Source: an uncultured Gemmatimonadaceae bacterium | GTDB taxonomy: Bacteria > Gemmatimonadota > Gemmatimonadetes > Gemmatimonadales > Gemmatimonadaceae | Length of the DNA: 64,000 nucleotides | Direction of reading: 5' to 3' | Assembly (NCBI GenBank): GCA_963716745.1 | Contig: OY970320.1 | Span: 3,040,001-3,104,000, forward strand | Shown here: one piece after another, positions 20,455-32,278 of the stretch | Layout: each line of letters opens with the position of its first letter | Numbering within the stretch: the first letter of the stretch is position 1 | Program-made: the position numbers and the translations under genes | Notes under the pieces: generated by a model | Databases searched by the model: none | What the model was told of the DNA's origin: nothing | Seen by the model: only the letters and a program-made list of their open reading frames with translations

Positions 20455-20658
20455 GTGAAGAAGGAAATCCATCCCACGTACGCCACCGCAGTCGTCAAGT
20501 GCGCCTGTGGCAACACGTTCACCACGCGCTCGACCCAGGGCGAGATCCATACCGACATCTGCTCCAACTGCCACCCGTTCTACACCGGCAAGCAGAAGTT
20601 GATGGACACCGCGGGTCGCGTCGAACGCTTCCGTCAGAAGTACGGTAGGGAGAGCTGA
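20455..20658 (+). CDS. rpmE: 50S ribosomal protein L31
   Basis: [36 protein letters not shown] upstream of GTG. Confidence 0.96.
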   Translation: MKKEIHPTYATAVVKCACGNTFTTRSTQGEIHTDICSNCHPFYTGKQKLMDTAGRVERFRQKYGRES

Positions 20659-21725
20659 GCCTCCGCGATCTTCTCGCGCAGGCCCTCGCGCGCTTCGACG
20701 AGATCGAGCGCGAGCTGGCGAATCCGGTCGGGCCGCGTGATTCCGGCCGGATCGCCGAACTCGGCCGGGAGCACCGGCGTCTCACCCCTATAGCTGAATT
20801 GGCCGGCCGCCTCGCGCGCGCCGAGTCCGAGCGTGCGCAGCTCGCCGAACTGCTCACCGCCGGCGATGCCGACATGGCCGCGGAAGCGCGCGCCGAGAAC
20901 GATCGGCTTGGCGCCGAGATCGCCGAGATCGAGGCCAAGCTCCCGCCGCTCCTCGTGCCGCGCGATCCGCTGGACGATCGCCCCGCGATCTTCGAGATCC
21001 GCGCCGGCACGGGCGGCGATGAGGCGGCGCTCTTCGCTGCCGACCTTGTGCGCATGTACACGCGCTACGCCGAGCGGCAGGGCTGGAAGGTAGAACTCCT
21101 GCAGCGTTCCGATGGCGCGCTGGGCGGCATCAAGGAAGCGATCTTCAAGGTGAAGGGCGACGCCGCGTTCGGGCGCCTGCGTCGCGAGAGCGGCGTGCAC
21201 CGCGTGCAACGCGTGCCCGCCACCGAAGCGCAGGGACGCATCCATACCTCGGCGGCCACCGTGGCCGTGCTCCCGGAAGCCGAAGAAGTAGACGTGAAGA
21301 TCGAGCAGAAGGATCTGCGCATCGACGTCTTCCGTTCATCCGGCCCCGGCGGGCAGAGCGTGAACACCACCGACAGCGCGGTGCGCATCACGCACATCCC
21401 CAGCGGCCTGGTCGTGAGCCAGCAGGACCAGAAATCGCAGCTGCAGAACAAGCTCAAGGCCATGGAGGTGCTGCGCGCGCGGCTGCTCGACGCGCGGCTC
21501 GCCGAGCAGGAAGCGGAGCGCTCGCGCATGCGCAAGACGCAGGTGGGCACCGGCGACCGCTCGGCGAAGATCCGCACGTACAACTATCCGCAGAATCGCG
21601 TGACCGATCACCGGATCAACTTCACGATCCACGAACTATCGCGCACGCTCGATGGCGAGCTGGATCCACTCATCGAGGCGCTGGCGATGGCCGAGGTCGA
21701 GGAGCGGCTCGGTGGCGCCGACTGA
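20655..21725 (+). CDS. prfA: Peptide chain release factor 1
   Basis: PAT motif (RVPATE), [13 protein letters not shown]-terminus extends to a CTG overlapping the rpmE stop. Confidence 0.96.
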   Translation: MSLRDLLAQALARFDEIERELANPVGPRDSGRIAELGREHRRLTPIAELAGRLARAESERAQLAELLTAGDADMAAEARAENDRLGAEIAEIEAKLPPLLVPRDPLDDRPAIFEIRAGTGGDEAALFAADLVRMYTRYAERQGWKVELLQRSDGALGGIKEAIFKVKGDAAFGRLRRESGVHRVQRVPATEAQGRIHTSAATVAVLPEAEEVDVKIEQKDLRIDVFRSSGPGGQSVNTTDSAVRITHIPSGLVVSQQDQKSQLQNKLKAMEVLRARLLDARLAEQEAERSRMRKTQVGTGDRSAKIRTYNYPQNRVTDHRINFTIHELSRTLDGELDPLIEALAMAEVEERLGGAD

Positions 21726-22596
21726 TCTGCGCGGCGCGACCGTCGCGGCGCTGCTCGACGACCTCGCCGCGACGCTGACCGCGGCGCAGATCCCCGACGC
21801 GCGGCGTGAGGCGTCGGACATCATCGCCGCGGTGGTCGACGCGCCGCGCTTCTGGGCCGCGGCGCACGCGGGCGAAGTCGTGAGCGCCACCGATGCGGCC
21901 GCGATACGCGCCGCGGCTGCGCGTCGCGCGCGAGGAGCGCCCTTCGCCTATGCCGTGGGCCGCGCCGCCTTCCGCCACCTCTCGCTGCACGTGGACGAGC
22001 GCGTGCTCATCCCACGTGCCGAAACCGAGGAACTGGTACAACGCGTACTGAGTGCCATGGGCACCGAACCCGGTGGCATCGCGGTGGACCTCGGCACCGG
22101 CAGCGGCGCGATCGCGCTCTCGCTCGCGCAGGAGGGAACGTTCGCGCGCGTCATCGCGACCGATGTGAGCGACGGTGCGCTCACGGTGGCCCGCGCGAAC
22201 GCTGCGCGCTGCGCGCCGCAGTTGCGCTGCGAGGTGGAATTCCGCGCCGGCGCATGGCTCGCGCCGCTCGCGGGAGTTCGCGCGCGCGCCGTGGTGTCCA
22301 ATCCGCCGTACATCGCGCTCGATGAGGCCGCGGCGCTGCCCGCCTCCGTGCGAGATTGGGAGCCGCCGGTCGCGCTCTTCGCCGAGGACTCGGGAATGCG
22401 CGACATTGCGTGTATCATTCACGGGGCGCATGCGGTGCTCGAAGCGGGCGGCCTGTTGGCGCTCGAAGTCGACAGCCGGCGCGCCTCGCTGGCGGCGGAG
22501 CTCGCCCTCGCCGACGGCCATTACCGCGACGTGTCCGTGAGACTCGATCTCGCGGGACGCGAACGATTCCTGCTGGCGAGACGAGGAGAGGAGTGA
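21712..22596 (+). CDS. prmC: Release factor glutamine methyltransferase
   Basis: [23 protein letters not shown]; follows prfA. Confidence 0.93.
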   Translation: MAPTDLRGATVAALLDDLAATLTAAQIPDARREASDIIAAVVDAPRFWAAAHAGEVVSATDAAAIRAAAARRARGAPFAYAVGRAAFRHLSLHVDERVLIPRAETEELVQRVLSAMGTEPGGIAVDLGTGSGAIALSLAQEGTFARVIATDVSDGALTVARANAARCAPQLRCEVEFRAGAWLAPLAGVRARAVVSNPPYIALDEAAALPASVRDWEPPVALFAEDSGMRDIACIIHGAHAVLEAGGLLALEVDSRRASLAAELALADGHYRDVSVRLDLAGRERFLLARRGEE

Positions 22597-22597
22597 C

Positions 22598-22951
22598 GTG
22601 CTCGAGGACCGCGCGAAGGAGATCGGCCGTCTGATCGGCCAGAGCAGCGAATACCAGGCGGTGAAACGCGCCAACGGGGCGCTCACGGCCAACACCGATG
22701 CCGTGGCCGTCTTGAAGCAGATGGAGCAGATCCGCCGGGACGCCCAGGCGATGATCGAGCGCGGCGAGCAGCCCACCGAGGCGATGGAGCAGCAATTGGA
22801 CGAACTGCTCCTCAAGGTGCAGGGCAGCCCGGTGTACCAGGCGGTGATGGTGGCGCAGGAGAATTTCGACAAGCTCATGGCACGCGTGAACGAATGGATC
22901 CTCGAAGGGATCCAGCGCGGCGCGGCGAGCCCGATCATCACACTGGGGTGA
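22598..22951 (+). CDS. YlbF/Com family regulator-like protein
   Basis: Small helical protein; AKEIGRLIGQSSEY and AQENFDKLMARVN pattern. Confidence 0.65.
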   Translation: MLEDRAKEIGRLIGQSSEYQAVKRANGALTANTDAVAVLKQMEQIRRDAQAMIERGEQPTEAMEQQLDELLLKVQGSPVYQAVMVAQENFDKLMARVNEWILEGIQRGAASPIITLG

Positions 22952-23620
22952 GCAACGCACCCGGGCGGCTCATCGTGTTCGAGGCGCCGGAGGGGGCGGG
23001 CAAGACCACCCAACTCGCGCGGCTCGACGTGTGGCTCACGCACAACGACGTGGCCCACACCACGGTGCGCGAGCCCGGAGGCACGCCGCTCGGCGATGAC
23101 ATTCGCCGCTGGCTGCTGGACCCGAAGCACGCCGATCTCACGCCGCGCGCCGAGGCGATGCTCTTCATGGCATCGCGTGCGGAGCTCGTGGAACGTGTGA
23201 TCCGGCCGGCGCTCGCGCGCGGCGACGTCGTGCTCGCGGACCGCTTCTTCCTCTCCACGTACGCGTACCAGGTGCACGGCCGCGGCCTCCCCTTCGAGGC
23301 GGTGCGCACCGCGAACGCGCTCGCCACCGGCGGCCTCGTGCCCGACGTGACACTGGTATTCGCGCTCGACGCGGCGGTGCGCAATGTGCGCGCGCAGGCG
23401 CGCGGCCACGCCGACAAGATCGAACGCGCCGGCGCCGATTTCCACGAGCGCGTGGCGGCCGCGTTCACGCGCTTCGTGCAGTCCGATTGGCAGGCGGCCG
23501 CATCCCGAGTGCGGACCGATCGTCGCGATCGACGGCGCCGGCGAGGAGGAAGCGGTGTTCGACCGCGTGCTCGCGGCGCTCGCGTCGCGCTGGCCGGCCG
23601 CGTTCGAGGCGGCCCGATGA
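22948..23620 (+). CDS. tmk: Thymidylate kinase (frameshift near 23500)
   Basis: FEAPEGAGKTTQ, REPGGT, DRFFLSTYAYQ; C-terminus IVAIDGAGEEEAVF in another frame. Confidence 0.92.
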
Positions 23621-25234
23621 CGCGCGGCCGCGCCTTCATGGCGCTCGCGCTGTTCGCGCTGCGTGATGCTCATGGGCGGGCAACTGCTCCGCGGCTCGCT
23701 CGCGGGCACGGGCGTCGCGCACGCGCGGCTGTTCGACCAGGTGCTCGCGCACGTCGAGGACAATTTCGTGGATTCCCTCGGCGCGGCCGACCTCTACGCG
23801 AAGGCGGCTACGGGCATGGTGGCCGAGCTGCACGATCCGAACTCTTCGCTGCTCGACGAACGGCTGCTCAAGCGTCTCAACGAGACCACCGCCGGCCAGT
23901 ACGAGGGACTTGGCGTGCAAGTGGACGCGCGCGATGGGTGGCTGAGCGTGATCGCGGCGCTCGCGGGATCGCCCGCCGAGATCGCGGGGCTGCGCGCCGG
24001 CGACCGCATTCTGGAGATCGACGGACGCCCCGTGTCATCGCGCGGCACCGATGACGCGCGCGCCGGACTGCGCGGCCCGCCGGGCTCGAAGGTGACGCTG
24101 CTCGTGGAGCGCCCGGGCGTCGCGGCGCGCATCCCGATCGTGGTCACGCGCGCGGCGATCCACGTGAATCCCGTGCGGCACGCGATGATGCTCACGCCCG
24201 ACGCCGGCTACGTGCAGCTGGCGATCTTCGCCGACTCCAGCGCGCCGGAATTGCGCCGCGCGATCGGCCGACTCCGCGACCAGGGCGCGCACACCGTTCT
24301 CCTCGACCTGCGCGGCGATCCGGGCGGCCTGCTCGTGCAAGGCGTTGGCGTGAGCGACGAGTTCCTCGACAAGGGGCAGGAGGTCGTGTCGTTGCGCGGC
24401 CGCACGGCTTCGCAAACGGAAACGATCAGCGCCGAACGCGCGCAGCTGTGGCCCGACCTGCTGCTCATCGTGCTCGTGGATGGCGGCAGCGCGAGTGCGT
24501 CGGAGATCGTGGCGGGTGCGCTGCAGGATCACGATCGCGCCGTGGTGATGGGCTCCACCAGCTACGGCAAGGGGAGCGCGCAGTCGATCTTCGATCTCGA
24601 CGGCGACGAGCACGCGCTGCGCCTCACCACCGCGCTCTGGTTCACGCCGAGCGGACGCAGCATCCAGCGGCCGCACCGGCAGCCGGACGACACGGCCGCG
24701 GCGGACACACTGCGCGAGCGGCCGCTGTCGAAGCGCACGACGTATAAGACCGATGCCGGCCGCACGGTGTACGGCGGCGGCGGGATCACGCCGGACATCA
24801 TCGTGACGCCGCAGGATTCCGCAGACGGCACGCTGGCGCTCGTGCGCTCGCTCGGGCGCGATCTGCCGAAGTTCCGCGACGCGACCGTGGACGTCGCGGC
24901 GGCGGCGCGGAGCGGCGCTGTTCGCGGCGCGGTGATCGTCATCTCGCCGGCGATGCGCGAGGACCTGTGGCGCCGTGCGCAGGCGAAGGGCGTGCGTCTC
25001 ACGCGTGCGCAGTACGATTCAGCCGCCGCGGCGGTGGATCGCATGCTGGGCGACGAGATCGCGCGCGATGCGCTGGGCGTTGAGGAGGCGTGGCGCAAGA
25101 AACTCGACGACGATCGCGTGGTGGCCGCGGCGCTGTCGCTCGCGAAGGGCGCGCGCAGCGAGACCGAATTGCTCACGCGCGCCGCCGACCAGCGCGCGGC
25201 GAAGAGGGAGGACGTGCCGGGCGGCGCCCCGTGA
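23617..25234 (+). CDS. S41 family C-terminal processing peptidase (frameshift in signal region near 23660)
   Basis: PDZ domain, LDLRGDPGGLL, SASASEIVAGALQD, SYGKGS, GGITPD. Confidence 0.92.
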
Positions 25235-26070
25235 ACGAGCGCGTGTTCGTGCTGGGCGCGGGGCGCGTGGGCACCGCGCTGGCGCGGGCGTTCATCGCGG
25301 CGGGAGTGGAGGTGGTGGGGCTGCACGGCAGGAAAGCCCAGAGCGCGCCGGATGTGGTGAGCGCGGGGCCTCTGCCCGCCGCGATCTCGCGTGCGACAGT
25401 GGTGCTGGTCACCGTGCGCGATCCACAGCTGGAGGAAGTGTTGGCTTCGCTCGTGAGCGCGTCGCTGGCGCCTGGAGTCGTGGTGTTGCATGCGAGCGGC
25501 AGCGCGGAGCCGATGGCATTCGCGGCGCTGCGTGCCCAAGGGCATCCGTGCGGCACGATGCATCCGTTGCTCGCCTTCGCCGATCCGGCGCGCGCTGCGG
25601 CGAGCATCGGCACCGCGTGGTTCGGGCTCGACGGCGACGCGCGGGCGCGCGAAGCGGCGTCATCGCTCGCGGCGGCTCTGGGCTCGCGCACGCTCGAGAT
25701 CCCGGCCGGAGAGAAAGTGCGCTACCACGCAGCCGCGGTATTCGCGTCGAACTTTCCGGCGCTACTCATGGCGAGCGGCGAGGCGCTGTTCGCGCAGATC
25801 GGCATTGATGCCGACGATGCGCGCGCGGCGCTCATGCCGCTCTTCTCCGCGGGTGCCGACAATGTGCGCGCGAAGCCGAGCGCTCTGGCGCTGACGGGAC
25901 CGATCGTGCGAGGAGATGTCGAAACGGTGAAGCGGCACGTGGCCGCGCTAGCGGCGACGCCGGAGTTATTGGCGCTCTACCGGGCGTTGTCCATAGCCGC
26001 GGCGCGACTCGCGCGAACGGCGGGAACCGATCCCGCGAAGCTGGCGGAGATCGAAGCGGCTCTTCGGTAG
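25231..26070 (+). CDS. Rossmann-like / DUF2520 domain protein
   Basis: LGAGRVG, HASGS, MHPL, YHAAAVFASN, LTGPIVRGD. Confidence 0.88.
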   Translation: MNERVFVLGAGRVGTALARAFIAAGVEVVGLHGRKAQSAPDVVSAGPLPAAISRATVVLVTVRDPQLEEVLASLVSASLAPGVVVLHASGSAEPMAFAALRAQGHPCGTMHPLLAFADPARAAASIGTAWFGLDGDARAREAASSLAAALGSRTLEIPAGEKVRYHAAAVFASNFPALLMASGEALFAQIGIDADDARAALMPLFSAGADNVRAKPSALALTGPIVRGDVETVKRHVAALAATPELLALYRALSIAAARLARTAGTDPAKLAEIEAALR

Positions 26071-26073
26071 CTC

Positions 26074-26201
26074 AACTGCCGGGAACCGGTTACCGGGAAC
26101 CGGTATGGCATGACAATGCATTCCCTAACGACAGCGAGTAGTGCTGTTATGGAATGCGTTGTCATGCCTCACCGGTTCCCGGCAACCGGTTCCCGGTAGT
26201 T
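26074..26201. repeat. Palindromic intergenic element C between convergent genes
   Basis: Outer arms 26074-26104 and 26171-26201 (29/31 inverted), inner GGCATGACAA 26107-26116 and TTGTCATGCC 26159-26168, self-complementary interior. Confidence 0.9.
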
Positions 26202-26206
26202 TGCAG

Positions 26207-26872
26207 TTAGTTCGCCGTCCCTTGATCGAACACTCTCACTCCCGGCGGCAGCGTGAACACGAACGCGCCATCGCTCACCGTCACATTCATCTCGATCGCA
26301 TCCACGCGCACCCGCCGCACGCTGCCGTTCGCGTCCTTCGTCTCGAACTGGCGCACAATGCCGTCGGCATCATCGATCCACAGTTTCGCGAAGGTGAACG
26401 GCGCACCGCGACTCTTTGGCGTGAGCCCCACAATGTGCGTGGCGTGCCCGCCCACCGTGGCCGCGCCGCCATCGGTGATGGTGAAACGCTGCGCCGGTGA
26501 ATCCAGCAGCCACGTCGTGAAATCGGGGATGTTCGCGCTCCCATCGCCCACCGTCATCTTGATCACCTGCCCGGGATTGGTGCTCGGCAAGTAGATCCAC
26601 ACCGCCTTCCCATCGGACACGATGCGGTCGCCGGCGGGCTGCGTGAAGCTCACGGCGTAGCGCCCGGGCAGGCGCTGGAGCATCTCGCCCTTGGAATCCA
26701 CGCCGTGGCCGGTGAGCGGATTGTCGACGGTCTGCGTGAAGGTCACGCGCGCGGTCTTCATATTCGAGTACACCGCGGCGGCGCGCTCGAGCGTGGCGGT
26801 CGCGGTCTGACCGCGCGCCGCGCAGACGGCCGCCGCCAACGCGAGCGCCGCGCCGGCGGCCGCGATCCTCAC
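26207..26872 (-). CDS. lolA: Outer-membrane lipoprotein carrier LolA family protein
   Basis: Signal peptide, [31 protein letters not shown] overlaps the aroF stop. Confidence 0.8.
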   Translation of the reverse strand: MRIAAAGAALALAAAVCAARGQTATATLERAAAVYSNMKTARVTFTQTVDNPLTGHGVDSKGEMLQRLPGRYAVSFTQPAGDRIVSDGKAVWIYLPSTNPGQVIKMTVGDGSANIPDFTTWLLDSPAQRFTITDGGAATVGGHATHIVGLTPKSRGAPFTFAKLWIDDADGIVRQFETKDANGSVRRVRVDAIEMNVTVSDGAFVFTLPPGVRVFDQGTAN

Positions 26873-27925
26873 TTGCCCGCCGCCGCGCCCGCGAGCGCCG
26901 GCGCGGGCGTGATCGTGCGGCCGATCGCCGCCGCGATCGCGCGCAATTCTCCCACCAGCTGCGCGAATTGCTCCGGATACAGCGACTGCGCGCCGTCCGA
27001 CAGCGCGCGCTCGGGATTCGGATGCACTTCCACCATCACGCCGTTCGCCCCGGCCGCGATCGCGGCGCGTGCCATCGGGATCACCTTGTCGCGGATGCCC
27101 GGTGCCGTGGCTCGGATCGGCGATGATCGGCAGGTGCGACATCTGCTGCACGATCGGGATCGCCGTGAGATCGAACATGTTGCGCGCGATCGTGTCGAAC
27201 GTGCGCACGCCGCGCTCGCATAATATCACGTTCGGATTCCCGCTCGCGAGTACATACTCCGCGCTCAGCAGCAATTCCTGGATCGTGGCCGCGAGGCCGC
27301 GCTTGAGGAGCACCGGCTTGCCCAGCTTCCCGCAGAACTTGAGCAGCGAATAGTTCTGCATGTTGCGCGCGCCGATCTGGATGCAGTCGCCGTACTCGGC
27401 CACGAGTTCCGCGCCCTCCTCGTCCATCGCTTCGGTGACGATGGCGAGCCCCGTCTCCCGCCGCGCGATCGCCAGCAGCTCGAGCCCCTTCTTGCCGAGC
27501 CCCTGGAAGGAGTACGGCGAACTCCGCGGCTTGAACGCGCCGCCGCGCAGCGCCGAAGCGCCGGCCGCCTTCACCATGCGCGCCGCGGTCACGATCTGCT
27601 CCTCGCTCTCCACCGAGCAGGGGCCCGCGATGATCGGCACTTCGCTGCCGCCAACGTGCACGGTGCCGCCGATGGAGACGATCGTGCTCTCCGCCTTCCA
27701 TTCGCGCGACACCTGCTTGTACGGCTGCGTGACGTGGATCACCTGCGCGACGCCCGAGAGCGCCTCGATGCGCGACGCATCCACGCGCCCGTCGTTGCCC
27801 ACGAGGCCCACGGCGGTGCGCTGGGCGCCCGGCATGGGCCGCGCCTCGTAGCCCATCTCCTCGATCACGCGCACCACGGCCTCGACCTCGGCCGGCTTCG
27901 CGCCATGTTTCATCACGACCAGCAT
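26869..27925 (-). CDS. aroF: DAHP synthase type I-beta (frameshift near 27097)
   Basis: [40 protein letters not shown]; then [14 protein letters not shown] in a second frame. Confidence 0.93.
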
Positions 27926-27926
27926 G

Positions 27927-28697
27927 CTATTCCTCGATCTCGGTGAACCAGCCGTCCCTCGTGATCGTCACGGGGCCGTTGTATCGCGGCGCGATCGCCG
28001 CGGGAATGTCTTCCTGCTCTACCACGGTGAAGAAGTGCGTGAGCGCGAGCATGCCTGGCGTCGCGCGCTCGGCCAGCGCCGCGCAACTCGATGGCGTGAG
28101 ATGCGTCGGCACCGCCATCGCGTCCGGCAAGGAGCACTCCGCGAGCAGCACGTCACATCCACGCGACCAGTCGCCGAGCGCATCGTTCGGGCCCGTGTCG
28201 CCCGTAAAGACGATCCGGCCCTTCCCGCTCGCTATGGAATATGCCACGCTCTCCTCGGTATGGGGAACTCTGAGGCTCTCCATTCGTACCCCGATGCTCA
28301 GGTCCGCGCCCCCGCCAAAGGGGATCTCGGTGATCCGAAACGGCCAGGGAGGGGCGGCCAGGGTGCCGCCGTCGCCGTAGATCGAGGCAAAGCGCGTCAG
28401 GAGCGCCGCGGTGCCCGGCGGCCCGAGCACCTCGAGCGGCGCCGTGCGCGCGGGTAGCGTGCCGTAGCGCCACGCATAGAACAGCGTGGTGACGTCCAGT
28501 GTGTGATCCGGGTGGAAATGGGTGAGCGCGAGGTGCGTGATCCCGAACCAATCGAGACCCAGCGAGGCCATGCGGTGCACCACGCCGCTGCCGCAATCGA
28601 TGAGCAGCCGCACGTCGCGCGTCTCGATGAGATGGCCGGCGTTCACGCGGCTGGGGCTGGGACTCGCGGTGCCGGTGCCGATCGTGGTGAGGCGCAC
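27927..28697 (-). CDS. MBL-fold metallo-hydrolase, RNase Z-like
   Basis: IGTGT, IDCGSG, THFHPDH, FTGDTG, HLTP, LTHF. Confidence 0.85.
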   Translation of the reverse strand: MRLTTIGTGTASPSPSRVNAGHLIETRDVRLLIDCGSGVVHRMASLGLDWFGITHLALTHFHPDHTLDVTTLFYAWRYGTLPARTAPLEVLGPPGTAALLTRFASIYGDGGTLAAPPWPFRITEIPFGGGADLSIGVRMESLRVPHTEESVAYSIASGKGRIVFTGDTGPNDALGDWSRGCDVLLAECSLPDAMAVPTHLTPSSCAALAERATPGMLALTHFFTVVEQEDIPAAIAPRYNGPVTITRDGWFTEIEE

Positions 28698-28719
28698 CTA
28701 TCGAGCCCTCATAGCGAGC

Positions 28720-31700
28720 CTACGCCCGCGCCTCGCTCTCGGGCGCGGCAGGTGGGCGTCGGCGCGCGTCGGCGGGCTTCGCGGTCGCTTCGCCCTCGAT
28801 GGACTCGTCCACCGGCTCGCCGCGCATGCGCACGCTCACGAAGCTGCTCACGCCGGGCTCCTGCATCGTGACGCCATATACCGCGTCGGCGGCCGCTGTC
28901 GTGGTGCGCGGATTGTGTGTGATCACGATGAACTGCGTCTTCGTCTTGAACTGGTTGAGCATCTTCACGAAGCGGCCGACGTTCGCATCATCCAGCGGCG
29001 CGTCTACCTCATCCATGAGACAGAACGGGCTCGGCTTCGTGAGGAAGATGCCGAAGAGCAGGGAGAGCGCGACGAGCGCGCGCTCGCCGCTCGAGAGGAG
29101 GTGGATGCGCTGCGTGCGCTTCCCGCGCGGCGACGCATGGATCTCGATGTCGCATTCCAGCGGGCGCTCGGGATCCTCGAGGCGCAGGTCGCAGTCGCCG
29201 CCGCCGAAGAGCGTCAGGAAGATCTGCCGGAAGTTCTCGCGTACCTGCGCGAACGTCTCGAGGAAGAGCGACTGCGCCGTGGCATCGATCTCGCGGATCG
29301 CCTGGTGCAGGGAATTCTTGGCGCTCACGAGATCGGTGCGCTGCGTCGTGAGATAGTCCAGGCGCTTCTGCTCTTCGTCGTGCTCCTCCACCGCGAGCGC
29401 GTTCACCGGGCCGATCGACTTCGAGCTCGTCGCGCAGGCGGCCGACCTCGGTGCGGAGCGTCTCATCGTCCATCTCCACCGGCGCGAGCGACGCGAACAT
29501 GTCGTCGAGCGGGCGGCGCCATTCGGCCTCGAGGCGCTCCTTGATCGCCGTGCGGCGCCCGGCGAGCTCGGTGTAGCGCAGCTCCGCCTGGTGCAGCGCA
29601 TCCGCGTTCGCCGTCGCGGCGTGCCGCGCCGCATCCAGCGCGTGTTCGATCTCCTGCAGCCGCGTGTCGGCGTCGCGCACGGCGTGCTCGGCATCCTTGA
29701 GCTGCTTCTCGTCGCCGGCAAGCGCGGCGCGGCGCGTCTCGACCTGCACCTGCCACTCGGTCATCCGTGCGGCGAGCTCGCGGTCCGCCTGCTGGATCTC
29801 CGCGAGCTCGGCGGCGAGCGCGGCCACGCGCTGGTCGGCGGTCGCGACTTCCGTGGCGAGCCGACGCTCGCGGTCGAGCGCTACTTGGAGGCGGCCCTCG
29901 GCCTGCGCTTGTTCCACCTGCCACCGGGTGCGGTCCTCGCGCGCGGCGTCCTGCCGGCGCTCCGCCGCCGCGAGCGCATCGCGCGCCGCGTCGAGGGCGG
30001 CGCCGCGCTCGGCGATCGACGCAGTCACGCGCGCCGATTCTCCCTCGAGCGAAGTGAGCCGTGCGCCCAGCTCGGCATGACGTTCCGCGATCCGTGCGGC
30101 GAGCGCCTGCGTCGTGGCCAATTCCTTCTCGTGGCGGCGCGCGCGCAGTTCGATCGCGGCGCGCGCGTCGGCGGCATCGCGTGCGTGCCCCTGGGCGGTC
30201 TCGGCGGCGTCGGTCGCGGCCGAGACCGCACGCTCCGCGGCGTCGAGCGCCGCGCGTGCCGATTCGGCTTGCGACTGCGCCGCGTCGCGTGCGCGCGCCG
30301 ACGTGCCCAGCTGTTCGCGCAGCGCGCCGAGGTCGGCGCGGCGGCGGAGCGGACCCGGTCCGCCGGCGTCGCCCGGCAGCCACATCGCGCCGCGCGCATC
30401 CACGAACGCGGCGCCGTCGTCGGTGGCGCGCACGTGGCCGAGCAGGTTCTTTACCCACGCGCGCGCGATCTCGGCCGCGTCCACGCGCGCCGCGAGCGTG
30501 CCGCGGTCCATGTCGGCGAACATCGGGCCATCCAGCGGCAGCAGCAGCAGCGAACCGGGGCTCACGCGCGCATGCCATTCGCGCACCGCGTCGGCGGTCG
30601 CGCGATCGCGCACGAGCACGGCATGCACCGTGTTGCCGAGGAACCGCTCAATGAGCGTCGCGCTCTGCGCGCCGGCGGTGATGAAATCGGACAGCGGTCC
30701 GATGATCGCGCCGGCGCCGAAGCTCGCACGGTCTTCCAGCAGCCGCGCGGTGGCGGGTGCGAGACCCACGCGGTCGCGCTCGAGCGCTTCCAGTGCGTTC
30801 GACTTGCCCTGCAACGCGGCGAGCTGCTCCTCGGAGGAGAGCAGGGCACCGCGCGCCGATGCGTCGCGCGCCCGGGCCTGATCGGCCTGCGCGCGCGCAT
30901 TGGAGAGCGCCGTCGCAGCGCCCAGCGCGCGGGCGGTCGCCTCATCCAGCTCGCGCTCCGCGGTCTTGAGCTCGGTCATTGCCGTGGCGCGCGCTTCTTC
31001 GTGCTGCGCATGTTCCGCGGCGGCCGCCGCAGCGCGCCCCGCGAGTTCGCTGCGTTCGTGGTCCGCGCTCTCGCGGTCGAGCGCCACGCGGCGCGCGTCG
31101 TCGCGCGCGCCGGCGGCGGTGCGCTCGCGCTCGTCGAATGCCGCGCGCGCCACGGCGACCTCGGTACGGGCATGCTCTTCGGCCGTCTGCCGCGCCGAGA
31201 GCGCGCGGCGCGCCTCTTCGACCTCGGCCTCCACGCCCGAGCGCGCGGAGAGCGCCTGCTCGCGGTCGGTGCCCAGTTGCAGGTTGAGCTGCTCGCCCTG
31301 CCGGCGTTCTTCCTCCGCGCGCAGGCGGCGCGCGCTCGCGTTGCGCTGCCGCTCCTCGGCCACCCGGAGTTCGCTCTCGAGGCGCAGGATGTCCTGTTGC
31401 TGCGTGTTCACCGAGCGCGCGAGATCGCCGCGCCGCGTCTCCGCGCCGCCGCGCGCCGCGTACGCGCTCTCGCGCGCCGACTCCGCGGCCATCACCGCGC
31501 GCTCCGCTTCCGGCGCCTGCGCGCGCTGGGCCGCGACGGTCACCTCGAGGCGCGCGAGCTCGTCGCGCCAACTCGCCATGTCGCGCGAGGCGAGCGTGAG
31601 TTCCAGGTTGAAGCGCTGCGCGTTGAGCTCCACGTGCCGCTCGGCCTTCTTGCGCTGGCGCGACAGCGACCGCACCTGGCTCTGCACTTCGCCAATGAGA

Positions 31701-32278
31701 TCGTCGAGTCGCGCGAGGTCCACCGTCGTCTCTTCGAGACGCCGCTCGGTGCTGCGGCGGCGATCGCGGTAGAGCGCCACGCCCGCGGCCTCCTCGAACA
31801 GCTCGCGGCGATCATCGGGACGATCGGAGAGCAGCGCGTCGATCATGCGCGCCTCGATCACCACGCCAGCGTCGGCGCCGAGTCCGGTGCCGCTCACGAG
31901 ATCGTGGATGTCGCGCAGCCGGCAGGGCGCGCGATTGAGCAGGTACTCGCTCTCGCCCGAGCGCGAGAGGCGGCGCGAGATCACCACTTCCTGGAACGCG
32001 ACGGGGAGCACGCCGTCCTCGTTCGAGAAATGGAGCGACACCTCGGCGATGTTCACCGGGCGCCGCGCCGACGAACCCTGGAAGATCACTTCCTCCATCT
32101 TGAGTCCGCGCAGCAGCCGCGGGCGCTGCTCGCCGAGCACCCAGCGCACCGCATCCGACACGTTGGACTTGCCGCAGCCGTTCGGCCCGACGATCGCGGT
32201 CACGCCCGCCTCGAAGTCGAGATGCGTGTGGTCCGCGAACGACTTGAATCCGTGGATCTCGAGCTTGGTCAGCCGCAC
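28720..32278 (-). CDS. smc: Chromosome segregation protein SMC (frameshift near 29418)
   Basis: GFKSF, GPNGCGKSN, coiled coils; IGPVN, LSSGE and MDEVDAPLD in a second frame. Confidence 0.95.

Noticed and set aside
20655..21725. Programmed frameshift in the release factor
   Set aside because: This is RF1 (PAT motif) and the frame is continuous; programmed frameshifting is a prfB feature
26207..27925. DAHP synthase-LolA fusion ORF (572 aa)
   Set aside because: Artefact of a frameshift near 27097; the aroF C-terminus is in another frame and lolA has its own GTG and signal peptide
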